A DNA stretch of 63,486 bases, the filler included, from Thermodesulfobacteriota bacterium (GTDB lineage Bacteria; DASVDK01), in NCBI GenBank assembly GCA_036381125.1. It is 6 parts of 6 records of this genome, joined end to end, with 100 filler letters (N's around TTAATTAATTAA, not from the genome) between each part and the next. Parts side by side here need not be neighbours in the genome. Positions count along the whole stretch, not along the records: positions 45,345 to 63,486 come from DASVDK010000358.1; 5 more parts are not named here. One strand, written 5' to 3'. The position numbers and the translations under genes were made by a program. Shown here piece by piece: positions 49,486 to 58,405 of the stretch (positions within the stretch are counted from its first letter, which is position 1; each line of letters opens with the position of its first letter). A model generated the notes under the pieces. That model searched no databases, was not told the origin of the DNA, and saw only the letters and a list, made by a program, of their open reading frames with translations.

Positions 49486-50769
49486 ATGCAGCTCGAGCTC
49501 CTCGGCTTCACGGTCCGCGACGTCCGGTTCGGCGCCCGCACGGATCTCGCCGGCGGCGTGCTCACGGTCGACAAGGACGCCCTCGCGAGCCATCTCCTCG
49601 AGGACCCCGACCTCGCGGAGGTGCGGCTCGCGATCGCGCGCCCGGGCGACTCCACCCGCATCATCCACATCCTCGACGCCGTCGAGCCGCGCCTCAAGGT
49701 CAAGGGCGGGGGCGACTTCCCCGGCTTCCTGTCGACTCCGACGCCGGTCGGCGCCGGCGTGACGCACCGACTCGAGGGCGTCACCGTGCTGGTGACCGGC
49801 ACGCTCTCCGGCGCCGCCGACAGCCAGGGACTCAAGGAGAGCATCGTGGACATGTCCGGGCCAGCCGCCCGGTACAACCCGGTCTCCGGGAACGTCAACC
49901 TCGTGATCGAGGTCGCCGCGCGGCCCGGCGCCTCGCCCGTCGAGAGCGCCGCCGCGAGCCGCAAGGCCGCGCTGAAGGCCGCGGTCTACCTCGCCTCGCC
50001 GACGCGCGGGCTCACGCCGGATCGCCGGGAGTCCCTGGCGCTCCCGCCGGTGGACGGCGCACTGCCACGCATCGGGTACGTCATGCCCGCCATGAGCGAG
50101 GGCGAGCTCCACACGACCTTCTTCTACGGCCGGAGCGTGCAGAGCCTTCCGGCGCTGGTGCACCCGAACGAGATCCTCGACGGGGCGCTCGTGAGCGCGG
50201 ACTACTGGATCGCCTGCCACAGGAGCCCTACCTACCTTTATCAGAACGAGCCGGTCATCCGCTCCCTCATCGCCAGGCACGGCCGCGACCTCGAGTTCGC
50301 AGGAGTCCTCCTCTGCCGCTGCCTCATCACCTCGCAGGACGAGAAGATGCGCCAGGCGAGCCAGACCGCCAAGGTCGCGCGCATGCTCGGTATCCGCGGC
50401 GCCGTCGTCACGATGTCCAACGGCGGGCACGCCTACCTCGATCAGATGCTCATCTGCAGGGAGCTCGAGCAGGCCGGCGTCGCCACCGTCCTCGGCGTGG
50501 ACGAGTACTCGGATGCCGACGGGAGCGACTTCCCGCTCGTGACGACCGTCCCCGAGGCGACCGCCGTCGTGAGCATGGGCAACCAGGAGCAGATCGTCGA
50601 CTGCCCGGCGGTGGACACCGTTCTCGGGGGCACCGCGTTCCTCGCCGGCAACAGCTACGAGAAGGCGTTCGGTCAGGCGCCAGGGTCCGCGCTGTCGGTC
50701 GCGCTGCGACAGATCTACTGCTCCACGAACCAGCTCGGCTGGTCCACCCTCCGGGGTCGGGCATACTAG
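49486..50769 (+). CDS. grdE: Glycine/sarcosine/betaine reductase component B proprotein (GrdE-like)
   Basis: ARPGDSTRI..DAVEPR, IVDMSGP, HPNEILDGALVS, TYLYQNEP, GNQEQ, STNQLG. Confidence 0.88.
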   Translation: MQLELLGFTVRDVRFGARTDLAGGVLTVDKDALASHLLEDPDLAEVRLAIARPGDSTRIIHILDAVEPRLKVKGGGDFPGFLSTPTPVGAGVTHRLEGVTVLVTGTLSGAADSQGLKESIVDMSGPAARYNPVSGNVNLVIEVAARPGASPVESAAASRKAALKAAVYLASPTRGLTPDRRESLALPPVDGALPRIGYVMPAMSEGELHTTFFYGRSVQSLPALVHPNEILDGALVSADYWIACHRSPTYLYQNEPVIRSLIARHGRDLEFAGVLLCRCLITSQDEKMRQASQTAKVARMLGIRGAVVTMSNGGHAYLDQMLICRELEQAGVATVLGVDEYSDADGSDFPLVTTVPEATAVVSMGNQEQIVDCPAVDTVLGGTAFLAGNSYEKAFGQAPGSALSVALRQIYCSTNQLGWSTLRGRAY

Positions 50770-50780
50770 GGGGCTCGCGC

Positions 50781-52094
50781 ATGTCGACGTTCCGCATCGT
50801 CCACTACCTGAACCAGTTCTTCGGCGGTCTCGGTGGGGAGGAGAAGGCGGATGCCGCCCCGACGCTCCGCGCGGGCCCCATCGGCCCCGGCGTCCTCCTG
50901 CACGACCTCTGCCGCGGGCAGGCGGAGGTCGCGGCCACCGTGACGTGCGGCGACAACCGGATGGCCGAGCATCCGGCCGAGACGCTCCGCGCGGTGCTCG
51001 ATCTCGTCCGTGAGGCGAAGCCCGACCTGCTGGTTGCCGGTCCGGCGTTCGGCTCGGGCCGCTACGGGCTCGCCTGCGCCGCCGTCTGCTCGGCCGCGCG
51101 CCAGGAGCTCGGCGTGCCGGCCGTCACGGCGATGTCGCCGGACAACCCCGGCGCCGAGTCGCGTGGGGCGCACGTCATCGTCGCGATCAGCGGCCCCACG
51201 GCCTCCACGATGAAGGCCGACCTCGAGCGACTCGCCAGGCTCGCCGTGAAGATCGGCCGGCGCGAACCGCTCGGCGCGGCGGACGACGAGGGGTACCTCC
51301 CGAGTGGGCGTCGAGTCAACGAGTTCGGGACGAAGACCGGCGCCGAACGAATGGTCGAGATGCTGCTCCGGAAGGTGCGGGGAGAGCCGTTCGCGAGCGA
51401 GGTGGTCGTGCCGGCGTTCGAGCCGGTCCCGCCCGCGCCGCCCGTCCGGGACCTGAGCACGGCGACCCTGGCCGTCGTCACGACCTCCGGCCTGGTCGGC
51501 GCCGGCAACCCCGGGGGTGTGGAGTCCTGGCGGGCCACGAAGTGGGAGAAGTACGACATCTCCGGTCTCTCCGAGCTGTCGCCGGACGCGTTCACCTGCG
51601 TGCACGGCGGCTACGACACGCGCCACATTCGCGCGAATCCGAACCGCGCCGTGCCTCTCGACGCCCTCCGTGCCTCGGAGCGAGAGGGCCGGATCGGCCG
51701 GCTGCACGACGTGCTCTACACGACGGTCGGCAACGTGATGCCGGTGCTGCGGGCGAGCCAGTTCGGGCGGGAGATCGCCGCGGAGCTCCGGAGCGCCGGC
51801 GTGGAGGCTGCCATCTTCACGGCGACCTGAGGGACCTGCAATCGTTGCGGGTCAACGATGGCGAAGGAGATCGAGCGAGTCGGAATCCCCGTGGCCTTCT
51901 GCACCGCGATCCCGGCGGTCCCCCTGTCCGTCGGCGTCTCGCGAATCTTCCAGGGAAAGGCCGTGACCTGCCTGCTCGGCGACGCGTCGCTGCCGGCCGA
52001 GGCGGAGCGGTCGCTCCGCGCCCGGCTCACCGCCGGGGCGCTCGCGACGCTCACTCGCGAGGTGAACGAGCCGACCCTGTTCAGGGCGGATTGA
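50781..52094 (+). CDS. grdB: Glycine/sarcosine/betaine reductase selenoprotein B (Sec at TGA 51828-51830)
   Basis: HYLNQFFGGLGGEEKAD, AGPAFGSGRYG, HGGYD; in-frame FTAT-TGA-GTCNRCGSTMAKEIER matches the UxxCxxC motif; ORFs 50781..51830 and 51858..52094 share one frame. Confidence 0.93.
51841..51859 (+). promoter_or_regulatory. Candidate SECIS hairpin of grdB
   Basis: ATCGTTG-CGGGT-CAACGAT perfect 7-bp stem with G-containing loop beginning about 18 nt after the UGA. Confidence 0.65.
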
Positions 52095-52107
52095 CGGAAG
52101 AGTCGAG

Positions 52108-52370
52108 GTGGGGAGCGTGGGCGAGCCGGTGATCGCGGCCGTCTCGCAGGTCCTCGCGCGCGCGCCGGGTCTGGTTCGCTACGGCTCTAGGACGAGCAGG
52201 GACCTCGCACGCCAGCCGGGGCTCTCCGAAACGCTGGAGAGGCACCTTCTGCGATCGCGCGAGCCTGGTCCACCTCGACGAGAGCACGCTCGCCCGGGGC
52301 GCGGCTCGCCTGAGCGCGCGCGGCCTCGTCCGGCGCGAGGCGCTCGAGCGGCTCGGCGCCGATCGTCCGG
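52108..52370 (+). pseudogene. GrdC-like (reductase component C) remnant
   Basis: PVIAAVSQVLARAPGLVRYGS resembles the GrdC N-terminus; then a frame change to FCDRASLVHLDE...LERLG; under 90 codons versus about 500 for intact GrdC. Confidence 0.65.
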
Positions 52371-52409
52371 AGACGATCGAGCGAGTCGCCGAAAGAGGAG
52401 GAGCACGGG

Positions 52410-52976
52410 ATGGATCTCAGAGGGAAGCGGGTGCTGGCGATCGGTGAACGCGACGGCGTGAACGGGACCGCGATCGAGGCCTGGGCGAAGAGCGCGGGCG
52501 CGGAGGTCCTCTACGTCGAAACCCAGTGCTTCGTCTGAACCGCCGCGGGCGCCATGGACCTCGAGGGTCAAGGTCGAATCAGGCGGCTCGTCGAGCAGGC
52601 AGGCACCGAGAACGTCGTCGCCATCCTCGGGGCCAACTCGGCCCCCGCCGTCGAGATGGCGGCCCTCGCGCTGAAGAGCGGCGATCCGAGCTACGCGGGC
52701 CCGCTGGCCGGCGTCTCGCTGGGGATCCCGGCGTATCACGTCCTCGAGCCCGAGATCACCGCGCAGGTCGATCCCGCGGTCTACGAGCGGGAACTCGCGC
52801 TGCCGGCGATGGCGATGGACCTCGCGGAGGTCGTCGGACCACTCAAGGCGATCCGGGGGTCGGACAGCCAGGATCGGCGCGGCCGAGCCAGGGGGTCCCC
52901 ATGCGCCTCGACCTCGCGCGCCACGTCGTGCGCGCGCTCGAGCTCGCGGACCGGCCGAGGACGGACATCAGCATGA
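52410..52976 (+). CDS. grdA: Reductase complex selenoprotein A (Sec at TGA 52536-52538)
   Basis: GAGGAGGAG RBS; MDLRGKRVLAIGERDGV...TQCFV-TGA-TAAGAMDLEGQ...GDPSYAGPLAGVSLG; C-terminus seems extended by about 30 aa. Confidence 0.92.
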
Positions 52977-53010
52977 TCGGCCACGTCCCCGAGGCCGATC
53001 TCATGGCCAG
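52901..53010 (+). pseudogene. Possible remnant of a second GrdE-like gene
   Basis: MRLDLARHVVRALELADR resembles the start of 49486 (MQLELLGFTVRDVRFGAR), then degenerates. Confidence 0.4.
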
Positions 53011-53185
53011 TTCTTCGGTGGTCGCGGCGGCGAGGCACGCGCGGGCGGCGGCCTCGAGGTCCGCGAGGGGCCGTCGGGCCGGGGTTACGGCTCGAGCGGC
53101 ATCTCCGTGACGACGCGGCCGTCGTCGGGACCGTCACGTAGCACGGGCCAGGGAGGCGAACCGCCTCGATCGAAAGGAGCATGCC

Positions 53186-54238
53186 ATGCGTCGTATCCAG
53201 GTGCTGCTCGGCTTTGCCCCCCTGCTCGTCGCCGCGCTCTGGTCGACCACGGTGGTCGGCCAGGGGCAGAGGGAGGTCGTGGTCATGAGCTGGGGCGGCG
53301 ACTACGAGCGCAAGATGGCCGAGCTGATCGGTCCGGCGTTCGAGAAGGCCACCGGGTACAGGATCAGCTACGTCACGGCGGGCAGCTCTGCCGAGATGGT
53401 GGCCCGCGTCAAGGCGCAGGCCGACCGACCGCAGATCGACGTCGTGATCTGCGACGAGGGTCCCCAGCTCGTCGGCGGGGAGCTCTGGCAGCCGATCGAG
53501 GCGTCGTACCTCACGAACATGAGCCAGATGTACGACCTGGCACGCGTTCCCGAGAACCGTCGGGTCCGGCCCTTCGCCGGCGCGGTCACGCTTCTGTACA
53601 ACACGAAGGTGTTCGCGGAGAAGGGCTGGGCGCCTCCGACCTCCTGGAACGACCTCTGGGATCCCAGGTACAAGGGTCACGTCATCACTCCCGAGGGGAC
53701 CAGCCCGTACGCGTACGGCCTCACGGTGATCGCCGCTCGCCTCGAAGGCGGCGGCGAGCGAAACCTCGAGCCGGGATGGAGCAGGATGAAGTCCCTGGCA
53801 CCGGCCATCCCGGTCTTCGCCACCCCGGCGTCGAAGTTCGGTGACCTGTTCCGGCAGGGCACGGGGTGGATCGGCGTCGCCTCGGAGGGCTCGGCCCTGC
53901 GCCACCGCAAGGCGGGCCTGCCGATAGGCACGGCCTTCCCCAGGGAGGGCGCCCTCTTCGTGCCGGCGTCGGCCGCGGTGGTCGACGGCGGCCCGAACCC
54001 GGACGGCGCCAAGAAGTTCGTGAACCACCTGCTCACGCCCGAGGTGCAGCGCATCTGGGCCGAGAGCTTCGGCTGGGCGCCGCTCAACCGCCACGTGGAT
54101 CTCCCGGCGGACATCGCGGCGCAGCTCACGTTCGGCGCCGAACGCGTGGCGCGCCTCCAGCAGGTCGACTGGGACGAGTACAACCGGGTGCTGCCCGAGT
54201 TCCTCGACCGCTGGAACCGCGAGATCGCCTCGCGTTGA
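53186..54238 (+). CDS. ABC transporter substrate-binding protein (polyamine/PotD-like family)
   Basis: Signal peptide; SWGGDY, FEKATG, PPTSWNDLWDP, FPREG, FVNHLLTPEVQ. Confidence 0.88.
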   Translation: MRRIQVLLGFAPLLVAALWSTTVVGQGQREVVVMSWGGDYERKMAELIGPAFEKATGYRISYVTAGSSAEMVARVKAQADRPQIDVVICDEGPQLVGGELWQPIEASYLTNMSQMYDLARVPENRRVRPFAGAVTLLYNTKVFAEKGWAPPTSWNDLWDPRYKGHVITPEGTSPYAYGLTVIAARLEGGGERNLEPGWSRMKSLAPAIPVFATPASKFGDLFRQGTGWIGVASEGSALRHRKAGLPIGTAFPREGALFVPASAAVVDGGPNPDGAKKFVNHLLTPEVQRIWAESFGWAPLNRHVDLPADIAAQLTFGAERVARLQQVDWDEYNRVLPEFLDRWNREIASR

Positions 54239-54245
54239 CGGCGCC

Positions 54246-54790
54246 GTGTCCGCGGCCGAGCTGATCATCGAGGGGCTGACCAGGCGATACGGTCAGCTCC
54301 TCGCCCTCGACGGCGTGTCGCTCACGGTCCATCGAGGGGCGTGCGTGTCGGACGAGATCGAGCGGCGAGTGCGGTGCGCATCCTCCTCCTGGACGAACCG
54401 CTCTCGAACCTCGACGCCCGGGTGAGGGAGTCCATGCGGTTCGAGCTGCGCGAGATCCAGCAGCGTAGCGGGATCACGGCCCTCTTCGTGACCCACGACA
54501 TCCAGGAGGCCTTCGTGCTCTCGGACCGCGTCGCCGTGATGTGCCGGGGTCGCATCGAGCAGGTGCGGATCTCCGCGGTCGTCACGGCCGTCTCGCTGGT
54601 GGTCGGCTACCCCGCGGCCTGTTTCCGCTGGACGCTGCCGCCGATGGCCCGCGCCCTCATGATCCTGGCCTATCTCTCCCCGTCGCTTGTGAGCGTCGTC
54701 GTCAAGGCGTACGGCTCGACGGTCCTGGTCGCTCTCTCGTTCGGCCTGTCCTCGTGCTCGAGCGCCTGGTCGGTCTGCGTCGTCCGTTCG
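54246..54790 (+). pseudogene. Collapsed ABC ATPase + permease remnants
   Basis: [21 protein letters not shown] (Walker A missing), frameshift, [11 protein letters not shown]...FVTHDIQEA, fused directly to permease fragment SLVVGYPAA...SVVVKAYG. Confidence 0.8.
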
Positions 54791-54822
54791 ACGCGTGACA
54801 CGCGGCCACCGGAGGCGGCTGA

Positions 54823-54850
54823 AATGTATAACTTAATTTTATATTTGACA
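54823..54850 (+). promoter_or_regulatory. AT-rich operator/promoter with TTGACA upstream of gntR
   Basis: AATGTATAACTTAATTTTATATTTGACA; near-copy of 46507-46534. Confidence 0.7.
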
Positions 54851-54879
54851 GTCATGCCGCTGTATGGCCAGATGTAGCC

Positions 54880-55566
54880 ATGGTGGTGAACCGCACCCGC
54901 CTGGCCCATGCGAATCTCGGGGAGCAGGTCTTCCGGGCGGTCCGTGAAGCGATCCTCGGCCGCGCCTTCGCCCCGGGCACGCGCATCCGGGTCGAGCACT
55001 TCACGGAGTCGCTCGGCGTCTCGCGGACGCCGGTCCTCGACGCTCTGCGGCGGCTCGAAGCCGAAGGCCTCGTGGCGACGGTCCCACGCCAGGGCATCTA
55101 CGTCGTCGAGTTCACCCGCCAGCGTGCCGAGGAGCTGTACGCCGTGCGCGGGGCCCTCGAGGGGCTGGCCGCGCGGCTCGCCGCCGCACGGGCCGGACGC
55201 GGTCTGGTGGAGGCGCCGGCGAGGCGGCGGCTCGCCGAGCTGCTCGACGAGCAGGCCGCGGCCGTCCGCGACCGGGACTACGCGCGTTTCTCGAAGGCGG
55301 ACATCGCATTCCACAACGAGGTCCTCGCGCTCGCCGGCAACGAGACCCTGACGCGGTCGCTCGACGCGGTCTACGGCCAGATCCTGGTCCTGCGCCTGCG
55401 CACGCTGAACATCGCCGAACGCGCGGCGCCCTCCGTCGCGGAACACCGTCTCGTCCTCGAGGCGATCGAGTCCGGCGACGCAGCGGCGGCGGAGACCGCC
55501 GCCCGCGCGCACGTCGACCAGGTCGGGGAGGACGCGGCGCGGTTGCTGGCGGCGCTCGACACCTGA
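54880..55566 (+). CDS. GntR family (FCD domain) transcriptional regulator
   Basis: LGVSRTPVLDALRRLEAEGLV, RGALEG, DIAFH..AGN, EHRLVLEAI. Confidence 0.93.
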   Translation: MVVNRTRLAHANLGEQVFRAVREAILGRAFAPGTRIRVEHFTESLGVSRTPVLDALRRLEAEGLVATVPRQGIYVVEFTRQRAEELYAVRGALEGLAARLAAARAGRGLVEAPARRRLAELLDEQAAAVRDRDYARFSKADIAFHNEVLALAGNETLTRSLDAVYGQILVLRLRTLNIAERAAPSVAEHRLVLEAIESGDAAAAETAARAHVDQVGEDAARLLAALDT

Positions 55567-55616
55567 GAGACTGGCCACAACGCGAACGGACGCATCAGCA
55601 AACAAGGGAGAGAGCG

Positions 55617-56651
55617 GTGAAGGCGGCGGTGTTCCACAGGTACGGCCCCCCGGAGGTGCTCGTGTACGAGGACGTCGAGCCCCTGCCGGTCGGCCCGCGC
55701 GACGTGAAGATCAAGGTGAAGGCGACGGCGCTCAACTTCTACGACGTGCTCGCGCGCCGGGGGGCCTACAAGCCGAACGAGCGGTGGCCGCACATCCTCG
55801 GGGGCGACATCTCGGGCGACATCGTCGAGGTCGGCTCGGAGGTGACGAGCGTCGAGGTGGGCCAGCCGGTGGTGGTGTACGCGGCCGTCGGCTGCGGCAC
55901 CTGCGAGATCTGCCTCAAGGGCGAGCCGAACTGCTGCGTCAAGTACCGCTACTTCGGCGCGCACCTCTGGGGCGGCTACGCGCAGTACTGCGTCGTCCCG
56001 GAGTTCAACGTCGTGCCGCTCTACAAGGGCATGAGCTACGCCGAGGCGGCGTCGATCAACATGACCTTCCTCACCTCGTGGCACATGCTCGTCACCCGCG
56101 CCAACATCCGCGCCGGCGAGGACATCCTGATCCACGCGGCCGGCAGCGGCATCGGCGTGGCGGCCGTGCAGATCGCCAAGATGATGGGGCTTCGGGTCTT
56201 CGGGACGGCCGGCACCGACGAGAAGTGCCGGAAGGCGCTCGAGCTCGGCGCCGATCACATGATCAACTACCGGAAGCAGGACTTCTTCGAGGAGATCCAG
56301 AGGCTCACCGGCAAGCGAGGCGTCGACGTGGTCTTCGAGCACGTCGGCAAGGACGTCTTCGACCGGAGCGTCCGGTGCCTGGTCCGGATGGGCCGGCTCG
56401 TCACCTGCGGCGGCTCCTCGGGCTACGAGGTGACCATGAACGTGAACCACGTCTTCCACAAGCAGCTCACGATCATCGGGTCGAACCACGGCACCAAGAA
56501 CGAGCTCGCCCGGATCGTGAAGTGCCTGGAGGCCGGCAAGCTCAGGCCCGTCATCGACCGGATCATGCCGCTCGAGGACGCCGCGCGGGCCCACCAGATG
56601 CTCGAGCAGCGCGAGGGCTTCGGCAAGCTCGTGCTCGAGCCGCCGCAGTAA
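55617..56651 (+). CDS. Zinc-binding medium-chain dehydrogenase/reductase
   Basis: CGTCEICLKGEPNCC structural Zn; AAGSGIG; GRLVTCG; FGKLVL. Confidence 0.9.
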   Translation: MKAAVFHRYGPPEVLVYEDVEPLPVGPRDVKIKVKATALNFYDVLARRGAYKPNERWPHILGGDISGDIVEVGSEVTSVEVGQPVVVYAAVGCGTCEICLKGEPNCCVKYRYFGAHLWGGYAQYCVVPEFNVVPLYKGMSYAEAASINMTFLTSWHMLVTRANIRAGEDILIHAAGSGIGVAAVQIAKMMGLRVFGTAGTDEKCRKALELGADHMINYRKQDFFEEIQRLTGKRGVDVVFEHVGKDVFDRSVRCLVRMGRLVTCGGSSGYEVTMNVNHVFHKQLTIIGSNHGTKNELARIVKCLEAGKLRPVIDRIMPLEDAARAHQMLEQREGFGKLVLEPPQ

Positions 56652-56655
56652 GGCC

Positions 56656-57636
56656 GTGCTCGACCGGCCGATGGACGCGTCGGTCCCCTACGCCGAGGTC
56701 CGCGCCCGCCTGGCGGCGCGCGACCGCGGCCTCAGGGACAAGGTCACGACCCTGGAGGACGCCATCGGCCTGGTCCGCGACGGCGACCACGTCGGCCTCT
56801 CCGGCTCCACCCTCTCGCGCACGCCGATCGCCCTCGTCTGGGCGCTGATCCGCGCCCGCCGCAAGGACCTCGTCGTCTCGCGCGGCATCACGTCCAACGT
56901 GGGGGAGTGGCTCTACGCGTCTGGCGTCTCGTCGCACGTCATCACCTCCTGGTTCTGCCAGGGGATCATCTACGGCGTCTCGCGCGTCGTGCGCGACTTC
57001 ACCGAGAGCGGCCGCGCCCGCTTCGAGGAGTGGAGCCACATGTCGATCGGCCTCGGCTACCGGGCCGCCGCCATGGGGCTGCCGTTCCTGCCGACCCGCT
57101 CGATGCTCGGCTCGGACGTGGCGCGGCAGGTCGAGGGGCGCTTCAGGACCATGACCTGCCCGTACACCGGCGAGACGCTCGGCCTGGTCCCGGCGCTCAG
57201 GCCGGACGTGGCGCTGATCCACGTCCAGCGCGCGGATCGCTACGGCAACGGCGTCATCGACGGCCTCCCCTTCATGGACGTCGACCTCGCCCTGGCGGCC
57301 GACCGGGTGATCCTCTCCTGCGAGCGGATCGTCTCGAACGACCAGATCCGCCGCGCGCCCGATCGGACGAAGATCCCCTTCTTCTGCGTCGAGGCGGTCG
57401 TCGAGGTTCCCTTCGGCGCCTCGCCGCACGAGTGCTACGGCGAGTACGAGATGCTCTTCCGGCACCTCGACCGCTACGCGAAGGCGATGCGCGACGGGGG
57501 CGTCGAGGCGTGCCGCCGCTGGCTCGACGAGATGGTCTACGGGCCGACGTCCCACACCGAGTTCCTCGAGCGGCTCGGGATGGCGGAACTCCTCGAGGCG
57601 CAGCAGTCGGGGCGCCGGATGATCTGGAATGACTGA
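56656..57636 (+). CDS. CoA-transferase subunit A (glutaconate CoA-transferase family)
   Basis: EEWSH, AAAMGLPFLP, CPYTGE, PDVALIHVQRADRYGN. Confidence 0.88.
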   Translation: MLDRPMDASVPYAEVRARLAARDRGLRDKVTTLEDAIGLVRDGDHVGLSGSTLSRTPIALVWALIRARRKDLVVSRGITSNVGEWLYASGVSSHVITSWFCQGIIYGVSRVVRDFTESGRARFEEWSHMSIGLGYRAAAMGLPFLPTRSMLGSDVARQVEGRFRTMTCPYTGETLGLVPALRPDVALIHVQRADRYGNGVIDGLPFMDVDLALAADRVILSCERIVSNDQIRRAPDRTKIPFFCVEAVVEVPFGASPHECYGEYEMLFRHLDRYAKAMRDGGVEACRRWLDEMVYGPTSHTEFLERLGMAELLEAQQSGRRMIWND

Positions 57637-58405
57637 CCGGGGCCGGGGCGGCTACACGGCGGCCGAGATCCTCACCGTCCACGCGGCGCGCGCGCTGTCG
57701 GACGGCCAGGTGGTCTTCGCCGGCATCGGCATCCCGCTCCTCGCCGCGACGCTCGCGCAGCAGACGCACGCCCCCACCCTCACGATCCTCTTCGAGGGGG
57801 GGATCATCGGCCCGATGATCGAGCCCGGCCGGCTCCCCCCCTCGACCAACGAGGCGCGGACGGCGCGCAAGGCGAACATGCTCTTGCCGATCACCGACGT
57901 GATGCTGCTGCTCCAGCGGGGCTACGTCGACTACGGCTTCATGGGGGGCGCGCAGATCGACCAGTACGGGAACCTCAACTCGTCGTTCATCGGCGACCCC
58001 GCGAGCCCGAGCGTCCGCCTCCCCGGCACCGGCGGGGGCAACGACATCGCCTCGCTCGCGAAGATGCTGGTCGCCATGAGGCACGAGAAGCGGCGGTTCG
58101 TCGAGCGGGTCGACTTCGTCACGAGCCCCGGCTTCCTGCGCGGCGGCACGAGCCGTTCGGCGTCGGGCCTCCTCGCCGGCGGGATGCACCGGGTCATCAC
58201 CGACCTCGGGCTCCTCGGCTTCGACCCGGAGACGAAGCGGATGCGGCTCGAGGCGCTCCACCCCGGCGTCACCGTGGAGCAGGTCCAGGCGGAGACCGGC
58301 TTCCCGCTCCTCGTGGCCCCGACGCTCGAGGAGACGCGGCCGCCGACGCCGGCGGAGATGGCGGCGCTGCGCCGCCTCGATCCGGAGAGGATGCTGACGA
58401 AATGA
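57629..58405 (+). CDS. CoA-transferase subunit B
   Basis: VFAGIGIP, LFEGG, GGAQIDQYGNLN, RLPGTGGGNDI, VDFVTSPG. Confidence 0.9.
   Translation: MTDRGRGGYTAAEILTVHAARALSDGQVVFAGIGIPLLAATLAQQTHAPTLTILFEGGIIGPMIEPGRLPPSTNEARTARKANMLLPITDVMLLLQRGYVDYGFMGGAQIDQYGNLNSSFIGDPASPSVRLPGTGGGNDIASLAKMLVAMRHEKRRFVERVDFVTSPGFLRGGTSRSASGLLAGGMHRVITDLGLLGFDPETKRMRLEALHPGVTVEQVQAETGFPLLVAPTLEETRPPTPAEMAALRRLDPERMLTK

Noticed and set aside
50781-52094. grdB and grdA as nonsense-mutated pseudogenes
   Set aside because: Both TGA codons fall exactly at the known Sec positions, with conserved downstream sequence and hairpins
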